From a virus: DNA of 64,000 nt. Below are positions 54,501 to 64,000 of this stretch, piece after piece. The DNA is taken from positions 5,127 to 69,126 of IMG/VR virus record IMGVR_UViG_3300008120_000440. One strand, given 5' to 3'. Each line of letters begins with the position of its first letter. Positions within the stretch are counted from its first letter, which is position 1. The position numbers were made by a program, and so were the translations under genes. Below the pieces are notes generated by a model. That model was not told where the DNA came from. It made no database searches and saw only the letters and a program-made list of their open reading frames with translations.

Positions 54501-57172
54501 AAGCAGCGGGATACCTCTCGGGTTTTCAAAACTTACACCAGAAGGCGAGTATGAACCATTGCGGGCAGGGGATTTGCGCGGCTTTGCCGAATCCATACTG
54601 TCTTCTGGGGTTGAGAAAACTCGTCCATTCAAGGGCCGCGCCTCTGCAAGAAGCCATGGCGCAAAAATGCGTGATGAAGTTATTTCCAGTTCAACTCCAA
54701 TGGAAATTGCTGCAATGGAAAAAGTCATGCCAGAACGAAGTGACGCACGAATACTCTCGGTTCCTTCGCATGTTTCATACTCCGTAACGGAAAGTGCAAG
54801 AATACGAAAAGGCTTAGCGCTTGGAAAAACATTTGATAAGCGTATTGAAGAAGATATTGCCCCACTTCTTAGCGTCATGGATAGGCACACCCTTGATGAC
54901 GACTACACGGTAATGCTTGACATGGATATCCCTGGTCGGGATGGACTTGTTGAAGGCTCTTCGGTTGAAGTGTCAAATATGTTCAGAGGAATTATTGCTG
55001 ACCAAAAAACAGTCTTGACCCCAAATCGCGATTCATCAGGAACACGCTTAGTCCTAACTCTCCCACGAGGAACAAGCGCAATCCCAGATGAAGACTTCAT
55101 GCCTGGCAGAAACGGCAAGAAATCATATTCCGCATTGCTTATGCCTCCAGGAAAAATTAAAATAGTCAGTCGTCAAGATGACGGCACAATAGTTGCACGC
55201 CTTGTTGAGCAGGCAAGTCCAAACGAAGTTCTTTCAAGCATGCGCGAGCCGTTGCAAGAAATTGTTTCAAACCCGAATACACCAGCATCTCGCAGGATGG
55301 AAGCCCAAAAAGCAATCAACGCCATAGATGCAGCACGCTCAATCAACTTGCCAGTAGGAAAACGCGGAGATGACCGAGTTGCACGAATGTCTCCAGTTGG
55401 TCTTGCTTCTGCAAGAGACAGAATTGGAGCGAAGTCCCACAAGTACTATGATGAGGCATTAGAGAAGGTTGAAGAAGATGCATCTAACTGGGAGGGGATG
55501 AAACCTTCAACAAAAAATGCGCTCAAGTATGGTTCAACTATCGCCATGACCGCCGCAGCAGCATGGCGAGGAAGAAAAAATAAAAAAATCTCTAGTTGGA
55601 TGAGTGATTTTGAAGAACATGAAATTGATTTTGCGGAAGAACTACTTCACATCTGGGATGCTGGGGGACCGACTCCGACCGCATACACAATAGCGACTGC
55701 AAAAAAAATGATTTATCGGGCACAGGATGAATTTGAAAAATCTGGAATTAGTGGCTCTGATTTCCGCGCAAAAATTGATGACATGTTCAATGGAATCAAA
55801 AAAGACATTATTGAAAAATTGGCTAATGGAAATCGTCGCTTGGGCGAAATGTCAACAAACTTACGAAGGTCGCATTCTTGCGAAAGTTCGTCGCACCACA
55901 CCAGATTCGTTGAACGCCCAGCGGCAAAATGGCTCTTCCCAAAAACACCCAGGTATCAAGCGACTTGCAAATGTGACCCCATTGAGGGCTCAAAAAGAAG
56001 GTGTCGCAGATGCTGGCGAACTTGACGAAAATCAAGTTACATCTTTACTAAAAAACGAAATTCTTGAAGACATATTTGACATGGCCGATGAAGTTCCTAT
56101 TGAGCGGCTTGCTAGGTGGATGAAATTGAGGAAAGAAGCACTACAAAAACCAGGTGAAACAATTGGCTATTCGGATAAAGAGGTATTGGCGCGGGCAGCC
56201 AAGAGCCTGGTATCAGCGCATATCGGCGATGCTTTATCCGAACAGTTCACCATTGAAGAACTTATAAAGGCAGGACAATCTGAAAGAGTCTATGACTTGC
56301 CATCTTATGGTGAAAATATTTTTCAGCACATTTCGGATATTGTTGATTCATACAACAATGGAGATGGAAGTCTAGTGACTTTCTGGTATGTCCCAGAAAC
56401 TGGAACAATTGAAAAAGAGCGCCCCCGAGGGATTGATGGCGAATACGAGCGATACACCGATGACTGGATGCCATACAACTACCCGAGCGATGACGCGACT
56501 AAAGCGCTATACGACGATGCGGCATCTGTGTTGGTAAAACAATGGCAGATAACATCAAATGATAAGAATATAATGAGCATAAGAGTCCAAGATGTTGCGC
56601 GTGAAATTTTTGAATTAAATGATTCACTTGGCTGGCGTGCAAAAGTTGGTGAAAGGGAGGGGGTTCTAGGTCCAGAAGAGCATGCCCCTCTTCCAATTTC
56701 TCCAGAACAAAAGAAACTCCTTACTGTTTTCCTGAAAGCGCAATACAGTCAAACGCAGGAGTATTTGAAGAAAAAAGGTATTAAAAAAATGGCGGTTTAT
56801 CGTGGATATCACAGCGATGAAATCAGAGACGAACTTGGTGATTCAGATAGAGAAATTGTTGACACTCTTGAACTTAGGCCATTGTCTTCATTTTCTGTTG
56901 ACCCAAACATTGCCAGTGGATTCGGTCTAGTTGTTATGGAGTCAACAATCAACGCAGAAGACATAATTGCTCTACCATTAACTGGAAGTGGTTGTCTCGG
57001 AGAATCAGAAGCAATCGTTCTTGGGCGAAGTGGTTTGAGCGGAACGATTCGTGGAAGAGAAGCATTCGTTAGGCGAGTTACTAAAATGCAGGCAGCAAGG
57101 TCAAACGCTGCACTATGGTCCGAATTGGACGAGTTTGCTGAAACGCTGAAAGATACTGGGAGCGACTTCTAA
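51568..57172 (+). CDS. Giant polyvalent protein (HExxH zincin, degenerate ART, C-terminal ADP-ribosyltransferase), frameshifted near 55855
   Basis: HEMTH at 53647; VYRG...LSSFS...GESEAIV in the second frame; ORFs 51556-56025 and 55727-57172 overlap by about 300 nt. Confidence 0.65.
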
Positions 57173-57468
57173 TGCCAATCAGGGTTGACGACGGACAGCA
57201 GAATTCCGACTGGATTAAAACAAATGCTTTTGACTTTCCAGGAGTTAAAACGCTGAAGCAGTTTTACAAGCATTTCAACATTTCAGAAAAAGAACCAGAA
57301 AAATCTAAAGCAATGCGACACCTAGCAACAATGAGTTGGGTAAATGTTGCTCCAGATGAGATTCGTCAAGAGTTGATGAAATACGCACCAGGCACGCCAG
57401 AGCCGTGGGAAAGCGTGTCAAACTATAGGTTAAGCCGTCGCCTAAAAGAGCAGGATAATAAGAAGTGA
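57172..57468 (+). CDS. Small protein coupled to the ART-domain gene
   Basis: TAATG overlap; 98 aa. Confidence 0.7.
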   Translation: MPIRVDDGQQNSDWIKTNAFDFPGVKTLKQFYKHFNISEKEPEKSKAMRHLATMSWVNVAPDEIRQELMKYAPGTPEPWESVSNYRLSRRLKEQDNKK

Positions 57469-60400
57469 AATCCGTACTTGTTGGAAAAATTGACAACAAA
57501 AAGTTGTACTACATCATTGATGCAGAGGGAACGCGGAATGACGGCGTCCTCGTTGATGACCTCGGCGGAAAACAATTAATAGATTTCTGGCAGTTTGTTC
57601 GCTCTGAGCCGCGAGTTAAAAAAATGAAGAATAGCGATTTCCACAAATTTCTGTGGCAAGACTCGCTGAACCAAAGAGAAAAAGCACTTTGGAACAATGT
57701 TTTTATTGCAAAAGCCTTCCTGCCAGACGATGAACTTCTAAAAACGGTTCCGATAAAAGACGACATCCTCGGTCGTAAATCAATCCTTCACGGCCTTATG
57801 AATCGGGCGCTTGATTTTGACATCGCAAGGCGCTCCAACACGCTTGAAGAAAAGGCGGTGAGGGGTCGGCTTGGTTCGGCAATTGGTCGTGCCTTTTCTC
57901 CAAAAAGAAGCACAGGCAAGAGATTTGTTCGTCGCTCAATGGAGGAGATTGAGGGCGTACTAGACCCAAAGAAGCGCCGCGACTCAGATGGTGACGGAAT
58001 GATTTTTGACGGCACATCAAGGGAAATGCCAGACCCATCAAGAGTATCTAGCACCGCACTTATGAATACCTTGTCAAGCGTCACCGCTGATTCTCAACTA
58101 CCAGATGTTGATGGACCATTAATCAATGTTGACGCAAGAAGAAAAAGGGTTTCATCTCAAATGCGTGCAATTTCTTCCGCTATTGGGATACCAGCAACCA
58201 TTAGGGAACTTACAGAGTTCACGCGCCGAAACTTCGCGTCAAAATTTGGCTTTAAAAAGATAAAAGATAAATTGAATGAGCATGAATTAGAAGCATTTGA
58301 ACATTGGAATAATGGGGTAGTTCCAAAAACTGTTGCCGACGCACACGAGATTCTTGCAAAAATCCACCCGACATACCTAATGGACAGGCCAGCAAGGCAC
58401 GATGAGTTGCAGAAACATGTTTCATTTGATTTCCTTCTGGATAAAGATGCAACAGAAGAATTGGAATCTTGGGAAATTTCGCTTCTTGCTTCACATTTGC
58501 TATTTATGAAAGAGTCAGAAAACCTACCGAATTCACCCATTGGGCATAACTTCTATTACATGGACCTTGACAGGGCTGAAAAAGTATCTGCAAAAGTTGC
58601 AAGGGACTTGATGAAATATCTAAAGGGTGAATCATCAATGAGGCCACTTCCAATGGGGTTCCAAGACCTTAAGATGCAACTTGGTCGCGGTGGACCAACA
58701 TTCCGAGTATCAAATCCAGCAGAACTATTAACTCTTAAGAATTACATTGACGGAGAACTACAAAGTTTATCAACAAATAGCGATAAAAGAGAATTGCTTG
58801 AGCGAATAACCAGATGGGCACTTGTTCAAACGCAAGGTCATATTGGTTATTCAAGTGGTGTTAGCGGTTACTGGGGATTCAAGCCTGGCCTCAAAATAGG
58901 AAGTAATGGAAGAGTTGAAAAACTTTATGCACCAGGTCATATTGTTGCCTATCAGCGTGCAGAATCAGAACTGTTGAGTCAAATTGGACTTCCAAGAGAG
59001 GAAGCGACAAATAGCAACATATCAATACTTGACCTATTTCGTTTGACTCAGCAAACTGGAAATAGAATTGCAGTTACCGCATGGCTTTCTGATGAAGATG
59101 AAGTTACTAGTAAAAAACTTTCAGCGAAGAAAGAAGAATTGTCAAAATCTGTGCAAGATTTAGAAAAAAAATTAAAAGACAAAGAACGACAATTTAAGAT
59201 TTCTAGTGATTCTGGAGTTTTTTCTCCAGAACAAAACATCAACATGCAAAAAGATATTTCTGAAATCAGACAGGAAATAGAAAAAATTGTCGGAGAGATA
59301 GCGGATATTGAAGAAAAAATAGATGTTGACACCCCAGAGCGAAGAGCAAAAAAAGCAAAAGACCTATCCGAAATGCTCGCCCTAGGCACCGCCCACCACG
59401 AACACGGTCATGGTCATGAGTACATAGCCATTTATAATGACCTGGAAAAAGCAGTCTTAGCACGGCGTGACATACGGATGAACGAACTAAAGGCAAAGAG
59501 CAGCCTTCGCAGGGACGAAAGAAACGAATTAAATTTGCTTTCATCTGCAACCGACCATCGCGAACTATGGAGTTGGTACCAGATTGACCAAATTGAGAAC
59601 GGTCCAGAAGAACCATTCAAAGAATCGCTTACTTCGTCTTTGGAAGAGATGGCGGCATATGGTTTTCTAGAGCGATACGAAACCCTATTTTTAATTGACC
59701 CTGAAGAACAGGGCCTGATTGAAGGTTTTCATGGAGCAGCCTTTATGGTCTTGAAGGTGAATAGAAAAAATGCCGCAGATACTCTCGCCGAAAATAGGCG
59801 AATCATTCAAAATTTGGAAAGACAAACAGACCCACTTGCTGCGCCTCTGCTCCAAAAAATTAGGGAAGATGTTAAACAACTTGAAGAAGATATAAAAAAC
59901 ATTGATTTAGCAATCGCTGATTTCCAAAAACAAATCAACCTACTAGATTCTCAGCCGCTATTTGACCCATCAACAAGGTCAACAGTTAAAGTTTCAGAAG
60001 AACAAAGAAGGAAGTTTAATAAACTGCTTGAAGATTATGCACGAATTCTTGAGGGCATGCCAGATAGCGCAATCCCCACAAGGCCTAGCCCTGGTAGCGG
60101 AGCAAAACTTGCATCCGTTGTTCGTCAGGCAAAAATCAGAAGTGATGAACTCACCACTGGAGAACTAGTTTCCATTATCAGTGCTGGGCGCGTGCTCTCA
60201 ATGACCAACATTGCGAGTGGCGCGCGCTTCATCACGATGACGCAAGACACAAATATTGCACCACAGTCAGATGGAGGATTCTCCCAGTACGGTGGAGTTG
60301 TGGATGGTCTAGCACGAAATAGCAATCAATTTGCCGTTATTAAAGACCTCATGCGCAACGGGCTGCCAGAGATTTTTGGAGATGATTCGGAAGCAAATGC

Positions 60401-61271
60401 AAAGTTCGCACGGGCGCTTCAGGCGATGGGCATGACAGCGCGAGCAAGCCACATGTTCCAGACAGCACAGAATCCTCAAGATTTAGGTTTTGGCACCGAC
60501 CCAGACAGCGGGATGACGCTCCCATCCCTGGACATGGACCCATCTGAATTTATTCAGCACCTAGCGAACCTCGCGGAATCTGATTCCTTTTTTGCCGAAG
60601 GCAGAAACTCAAGCATGTCGCCGTACGATGGCTCTGTGCTGCTCCTTGGCGACGGCTCAAATATTGGTCTAGAAAATTTTATTGCTTCTCTGTATAGCGA
60701 CAGTGACATTATGGAAAAAGCAAGAACAAAACCATGGGGCGAACTATGGGATTCTCTTACCCCAGAACAAAAAATTGCTGTTCGCAGAGGTGTCGCCGAA
60801 GATGTAAGAATGCACCAGCGCAATAACTACAGTTCGGGTGGTGGTGACAGGTTCGGCTATGCGCTTTTTTCCAAAATTAGTCAACAATTCAGCCTTGATG
60901 ACTTAAATCCTGACGAGAAAAACTTGATAAAGGGCATAGTCAAAAAAATGGCTGTTGCTGGAGGTGAGTCGTATGTTGAAAAGGGGTATCGCAAAGCAAC
61001 AACAGCAGCACAAAGCGGTATTGAAATTCTTTCCTATCTAGGGGAATACGGGTATAGAGAACTGCCATCTGAACTTAATGCGGCGATTAAGTCAGGGATG
61101 AACATCCTTGGTGGACAGAGGCTGACACCAGAAGAAACAGCGGCACTGACGAAATATGCGACTTGGCTTCTCCATAGTCCAGGAACCGATTTGGAACAGT
61201 CTATAAAATCAGAAAATCACATTGTTATTGACAACAAAAGAACGGTAGTCGGAACAAAATGGACAAAATAG
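57465..61271 (+). CDS. Large head-region protein with DxDGDG tag and HExxH motif
   Basis: 1268 aa; DSDGDGMIFDG; AHHEHGHGHE; coiled coils. Confidence 0.7.
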   Translation: MKSVLVGKIDNKKLYYIIDAEGTRNDGVLVDDLGGKQLIDFWQFVRSEPRVKKMKNSDFHKFLWQDSLNQREKALWNNVFIAKAFLPDDELLKTVPIKDDILGRKSILHGLMNRALDFDIARRSNTLEEKAVRGRLGSAIGRAFSPKRSTGKRFVRRSMEEIEGVLDPKKRRDSDGDGMIFDGTSREMPDPSRVSSTALMNTLSSVTADSQLPDVDGPLINVDARRKRVSSQMRAISSAIGIPATIRELTEFTRRNFASKFGFKKIKDKLNEHELEAFEHWNNGVVPKTVADAHEILAKIHPTYLMDRPARHDELQKHVSFDFLLDKDATEELESWEISLLASHLLFMKESENLPNSPIGHNFYYMDLDRAEKVSAKVARDLMKYLKGESSMRPLPMGFQDLKMQLGRGGPTFRVSNPAELLTLKNYIDGELQSLSTNSDKRELLERITRWALVQTQGHIGYSSGVSGYWGFKPGLKIGSNGRVEKLYAPGHIVAYQRAESELLSQIGLPREEATNSNISILDLFRLTQQTGNRIAVTAWLSDEDEVTSKKLSAKKEELSKSVQDLEKKLKDKERQFKISSDSGVFSPEQNINMQKDISEIRQEIEKIVGEIADIEEKIDVDTPERRAKKAKDLSEMLALGTAHHEHGHGHEYIAIYNDLEKAVLARRDIRMNELKAKSSLRRDERNELNLLSSATDHRELWSWYQIDQIENGPEEPFKESLTSSLEEMAAYGFLERYETLFLIDPEEQGLIEGFHGAAFMVLKVNRKNAADTLAENRRIIQNLERQTDPLAAPLLQKIREDVKQLEEDIKNIDLAIADFQKQINLLDSQPLFDPSTRSTVKVSEEQRRKFNKLLEDYARILEGMPDSAIPTRPSPGSGAKLASVVRQAKIRSDELTTGELVSIISAGRVLSMTNIASGARFITMTQDTNIAPQSDGGFSQYGGVVDGLARNSNQFAVIKDLMRNGLPEIFGDDSEANAKFARALQAMGMTARASHMFQTAQNPQDLGFGTDPDSGMTLPSLDMDPSEFIQHLANLAESDSFFAEGRNSSMSPYDGSVLLLGDGSNIGLENFIASLYSDSDIMEKARTKPWGELWDSLTPEQKIAVRRGVAEDVRMHQRNNYSSGGGDRFGYALFSKISQQFSLDDLNPDEKNLIKGIVKKMAVAGGESYVEKGYRKATTAAQSGIEILSYLGEYGYRELPSELNAAIKSGMNILGGQRLTPEETAALTKYATWLLHSPGTDLEQSIKSENHIVIDNKRTVVGTKWTK

Positions 61272-61741
61272 GCATAGGCAAAATAAAAGGCTACGACGAC
61301 CTTCCAGTTTGGCAACAAAAATGGTTTAGGATTTTTGGTTCCGCATGGCCAACCACAAACAAAGAGATGACTGGCATGTCAACATTTGTTGGTAATCTTC
61401 GCAAGTTTGTTGATGGTGAAGACATTCATGCGGCAAAAAGAAACCAATTGAAAGATGGGTTTGAAGCATCTGCAATCGCCACTGCACCTAAATCAATAGG
61501 TAGGGACGAGGCATTTGCAAAACTGGTATTCTTGGATGAAAGAGACATTGAGGTTTATGAAATGTGGAATGATGGAAGCATCATCCCAACCAAAGATTTC
61601 ATGGACTGGATTAGACCAGGCCTTGAAAAGTACGCAAAAGAAGGACCCCGCAAACCAAAGCAGGCTCCGACAATGGAGCAACTGCGCAAACAGGTTTTAT
61701 CTAGAAAGAAAATGCGAGAGAAACAAGAAAACAATGATTGA
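61259..61741 (+). CDS. Hypothetical protein
   Basis: 160 aa, overlaps both neighbours. Confidence 0.65.
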   Translation: MDKIGIGKIKGYDDLPVWQQKWFRIFGSAWPTTNKEMTGMSTFVGNLRKFVDGEDIHAAKRNQLKDGFEASAIATAPKSIGRDEAFAKLVFLDERDIEVYEMWNDGSIIPTKDFMDWIRPGLEKYAKEGPRKPKQAPTMEQLRKQVLSRKKMREKQENND

Positions 61742-62357
61742 TAACTACAAGGCCGACCCACTTGGCGGAATAATTCCACAAGAGCGCGTCACTGGTGACA
61801 TTCTCAAGGGCCGTGGTCCTCGCCGTGGGAACCTTGAGCGCCTATTGCGCTACTGGCGCCCAATCATGAAGAAGCCAGGCGGATTCAGTCGTTGTCGCGT
61901 CATCCTCGCTGACCATCCAGAACTTTACCCACTTGAGAACATTTGTGCATGGCTCCACCACGAAACAACTGGTCTATGGCCAAACGAGGGTTGTCATCAC
62001 CCAGGAATGAAGAATTGCAAAGGAAAGTTGAAGAAAAACAACTGGACAGATGCCGATTTTGCACGCCGACTCAAAAGGCCAATTAACGCCCCAGGGAAAC
62101 TTGGCGGCAAGAGTGCTTACGACGATGACGATGTTTTCTTTTCGCCTATTGAGTGGAGCCAAAACGAAAGCAAGGCAAACCCAGTAGTGACAAACGAAGA
62201 CATGTCGCATGCCATGAAAGTACTTGCTGACTTTGTTGAGATGGAGCCAGATTTCTCTGATTACCTACGCAACAACGACAACTGGGAGACAGTTGGCGAG
62301 TCACCAGACGGGAAAATGATTACCGCAGAATACCTGCCAACCAAGTGCTGCGGATAA
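61734..62357 (+). CDS. Head-region protein with RYW...RC...CAWLHH..TG.WP putative metal-binding domain
   Basis: Cys/His motif resembling actinophage capsid-maturation-associated domains; ATG 61734. Confidence 0.6.
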   Translation: MIDNYKADPLGGIIPQERVTGDILKGRGPRRGNLERLLRYWRPIMKKPGGFSRCRVILADHPELYPLENICAWLHHETTGLWPNEGCHHPGMKNCKGKLKKNNWTDADFARRLKRPINAPGKLGGKSAYDDDDVFFSPIEWSQNESKANPVVTNEDMSHAMKVLADFVEMEPDFSDYLRNNDNWETVGESPDGKMITAEYLPTKCCG

Positions 62358-62372
62358 CGAACGGAATTTTAA

Positions 62373-64000
62373 ATGCATGAATTAGTACAGGAAATCAAGA
62401 CACTTGAATTTGCAAGTGCTTGCTGCCCGAACTCAATGATTACCAAAGTGCGCGTAGTGTTTGCGTCGGGAAAAACGGCGCCGAACAATGTAATGCGCTC
62501 TTTGCCCGCAAATCGTGGGGAACTAATTACATTTAAGGCTCTCGCAAAACGCAACGGTCGCATGCGCGAGTACGAGGTAAAGCGAGTTGGTTCAATCGGC
62601 TCAAGTAATCCAATTCTGCAGGGAATTCAGGCTGCTGGCTCAGTAGCCCTTCCTGGTGACTCAAGCATCATCAGAAGCCCAATTAGAAGCACTGTATTCG
62701 GCGCACTAACCCCAGGCATGCCAAGCGTTCCTGGAATTCCAGGTCGCGGTCTTGGTGGAAGAGACAGGACATACCACTGCCCTGAGGGCTATCAGTACGG
62801 TGGGCGATTCACTGATAAAAAGTTCTCAAACTGTGGTGCAAAACTATTTGATATTCCTGGCCCACTTGGTTTGGCTATTGCAGCAATTCGTGCAGTACGA
62901 AACGCGGTTAGGCCTGGTGAAACAACGCAGGGCGAAACGCTTGGTGCTGGCGAGTATCCAGGAAGCATTGTTGATTCACGAAAACCGCAAATTCCAAAAG
63001 TTGCGATTTCAAATCCACAGAAGTTGAAACTTGAAGTTGACAAGTTAGTGACTCCGCTTGGCGCTCAAACTGCTCCAGCCGCACGAATGGTTAGACGAGA
63101 CGGATTCATTCTTGAACCAGTAGTTCCAGCCTCCGTTTTAAGAACCATTCCAGATAACCGAGACATGGAAGGCGCAACATACCTTTCCAACCATCTAACC
63201 CCTGACACCATCGGGAAAGATGAGTTGGGGCTTTTGTCAAACACGGGAATTCAAAGTCTCAAGTATGTTCTTCCTGGTGGCTCAACATTGACCCTTGAGA
63301 AGAAGCGACCACTAACCGTGGGCGAGCGTCGCAAACTTGGTCGGACAGTGAACGCAGCAATCGCGTCGTCAAATGACAAAGACCCAGCGTCAAGACTAAA
63401 GATGGTTGCAACCGAAACTGGAGATGGAATCGGATACAGCGAGAAGTTCGTTGGAATTTCCAATCCAAACGAAGTTGGACCAGACGGACGGGAGCGCTGG
63501 GCAACCACTGTATTCAATAAGAAGCGCACGGCAAAGCCAACCGCAGCAGAAACTGCACAACCAGCGCAGACGCCAGCAGCACAGCAGACAGATATTGGGA
63601 CCGTTGATGGTGCGATTAATCACTTGTCAAAGGGTGGAAGTCTGGCAGACATTGCCCCAGATATCTTGCAAGATGTTTTGAAGAAAATGCGCGAAATTAA
63701 GACGCAGAAAATCAACGACCGCCAGTCACTCGTCTCAATGCCTAACGGCGACAAACTATTCCTCAACTCGTCTGCTAACAACTTTGAGCACATTGGACAG
63801 CGTCTTGCCTCTGAAATCCAGGAACACCTTGGGATTAAGGCGCCAGATGTTTACTTTGTCGGCACGGGCGAGAAGCGTAACTATCTCATCCAAGATGCAG
63901 AAACTGCAATTCGTGGGGCAAAGATTGACAGAAACTCTAAGTTTGCCGACTCCAACCCGATGGATGTAACCAGGTTGATGTTTGCCGACATTCTTAGCGA
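62373..64000 (+). CDS. Large protein (3' truncated) with CPxG tag and start of a HipA/PI3-4-kinase-like domain
   Basis: Open frame from ATG 62373 to window end; EHIGQRLASEIQEHLGIKAPDV...LMFADIL. Confidence 0.6.
   Translation, partial: MHELVQEIKTLEFASACCPNSMITKVRVVFASGKTAPNNVMRSLPANRGELITFKALAKRNGRMREYEVKRVGSIGSSNPILQGIQAAGSVALPGDSSIIRSPIRSTVFGALTPGMPSVPGIPGRGLGGRDRTYHCPEGYQYGGRFTDKKFSNCGAKLFDIPGPLGLAIAAIRAVRNAVRPGETTQGETLGAGEYPGSIVDSRKPQIPKVAISNPQKLKLEVDKLVTPLGAQTAPAARMVRRDGFILEPVVPASVLRTIPDNRDMEGATYLSNHLTPDTIGKDELGLLSNTGIQSLKYVLPGGSTLTLEKKRPLTVGERRKLGRTVNAAIASSNDKDPASRLKMVATETGDGIGYSEKFVGISNPNEVGPDGRERWATTVFNKKRTAKPTAAETAQPAQTPAAQQTDIGTVDGAINHLSKGGSLADIAPDILQDVLKKMREIKTQKINDRQSLVSMPNGDKLFLNSSANNFEHIGQRLASEIQEHLGIKAPDVYFVGTGEKRNYLIQDAETAIRGAKIDRNSKFADSNPMDVTRLMFADILS

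Larger units (their letters stand above)
1..64000. mobile_element. Large myovirus-like bacteriophage genome segment (probable actinobacterial host)
   Basis: Terminase, portal, prohead protease, neck, sheath, tube, tape measure, baseplate, fibre and holin genes; no host housekeeping genes; no integrase or att site seen, so prophage vs free phage is unresolved. Confidence 0.95.

Noticed and set aside
1-64000. Stop-codon reassignment
   Set aside because: Long ORFs close normally with TAA, TAG and TGA; the breaks seen are frame changes, not in-frame stops
1-64000. tRNA, tmRNA or integrase genes
   Set aside because: None recognised by eye and intergenic gaps are short; a tRNAscan/Infernal run would be needed to exclude them

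Overview
The whole window reads as a fragment of a large contractile-tailed (myovirus-like) bacteriophage genome, probably from an actinobacterial host (r1t-type holin; -10 boxes directly before start codons, implying leaderless mRNAs). Layout: (1) 1-10.7 kb, an accessory island of about 11 2OG-Fe(II) oxygenases plus a divergent glutathione peroxidase, a methyltransferase-like protein and a DUF6065-like protein, headed by an FN3 protein ending in ten PP(F/Y/A)F repeats; (2) 11.4-36.9 kb, tail fibres, holin, baseplate, tape measure, tail chaperone with probable -1 frameshift, tube, sheath and neck genes; (3) 36.9-43.2 kb, IbrA/IbrB-like and ParB genes, RuvC, HNH, RecB/Cas4-like nuclease and Rad52-like annealase; (4) 43.2-64 kb, terminase, portal, a 1065-aa prohead protease fusion and giant polyvalent head-region proteins (HExxH zincin, ADP-ribosyltransferase, kinase-like) that share short peptide tags. 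The major capsid gene is not in the window. Top leads: a candidate small RNA just downstream of the HNH gene with 17 nt exactly antisense to 23S rRNA helix 69, followed by a 22-bp GNRA-capped stem; the (PPFF)10 protein and its hydroxylase array; and a putative tag-based capsid cargo system. Four indel-type frameshifts may be assembly errors. All family calls come from motif reading by eye; no database search was run.
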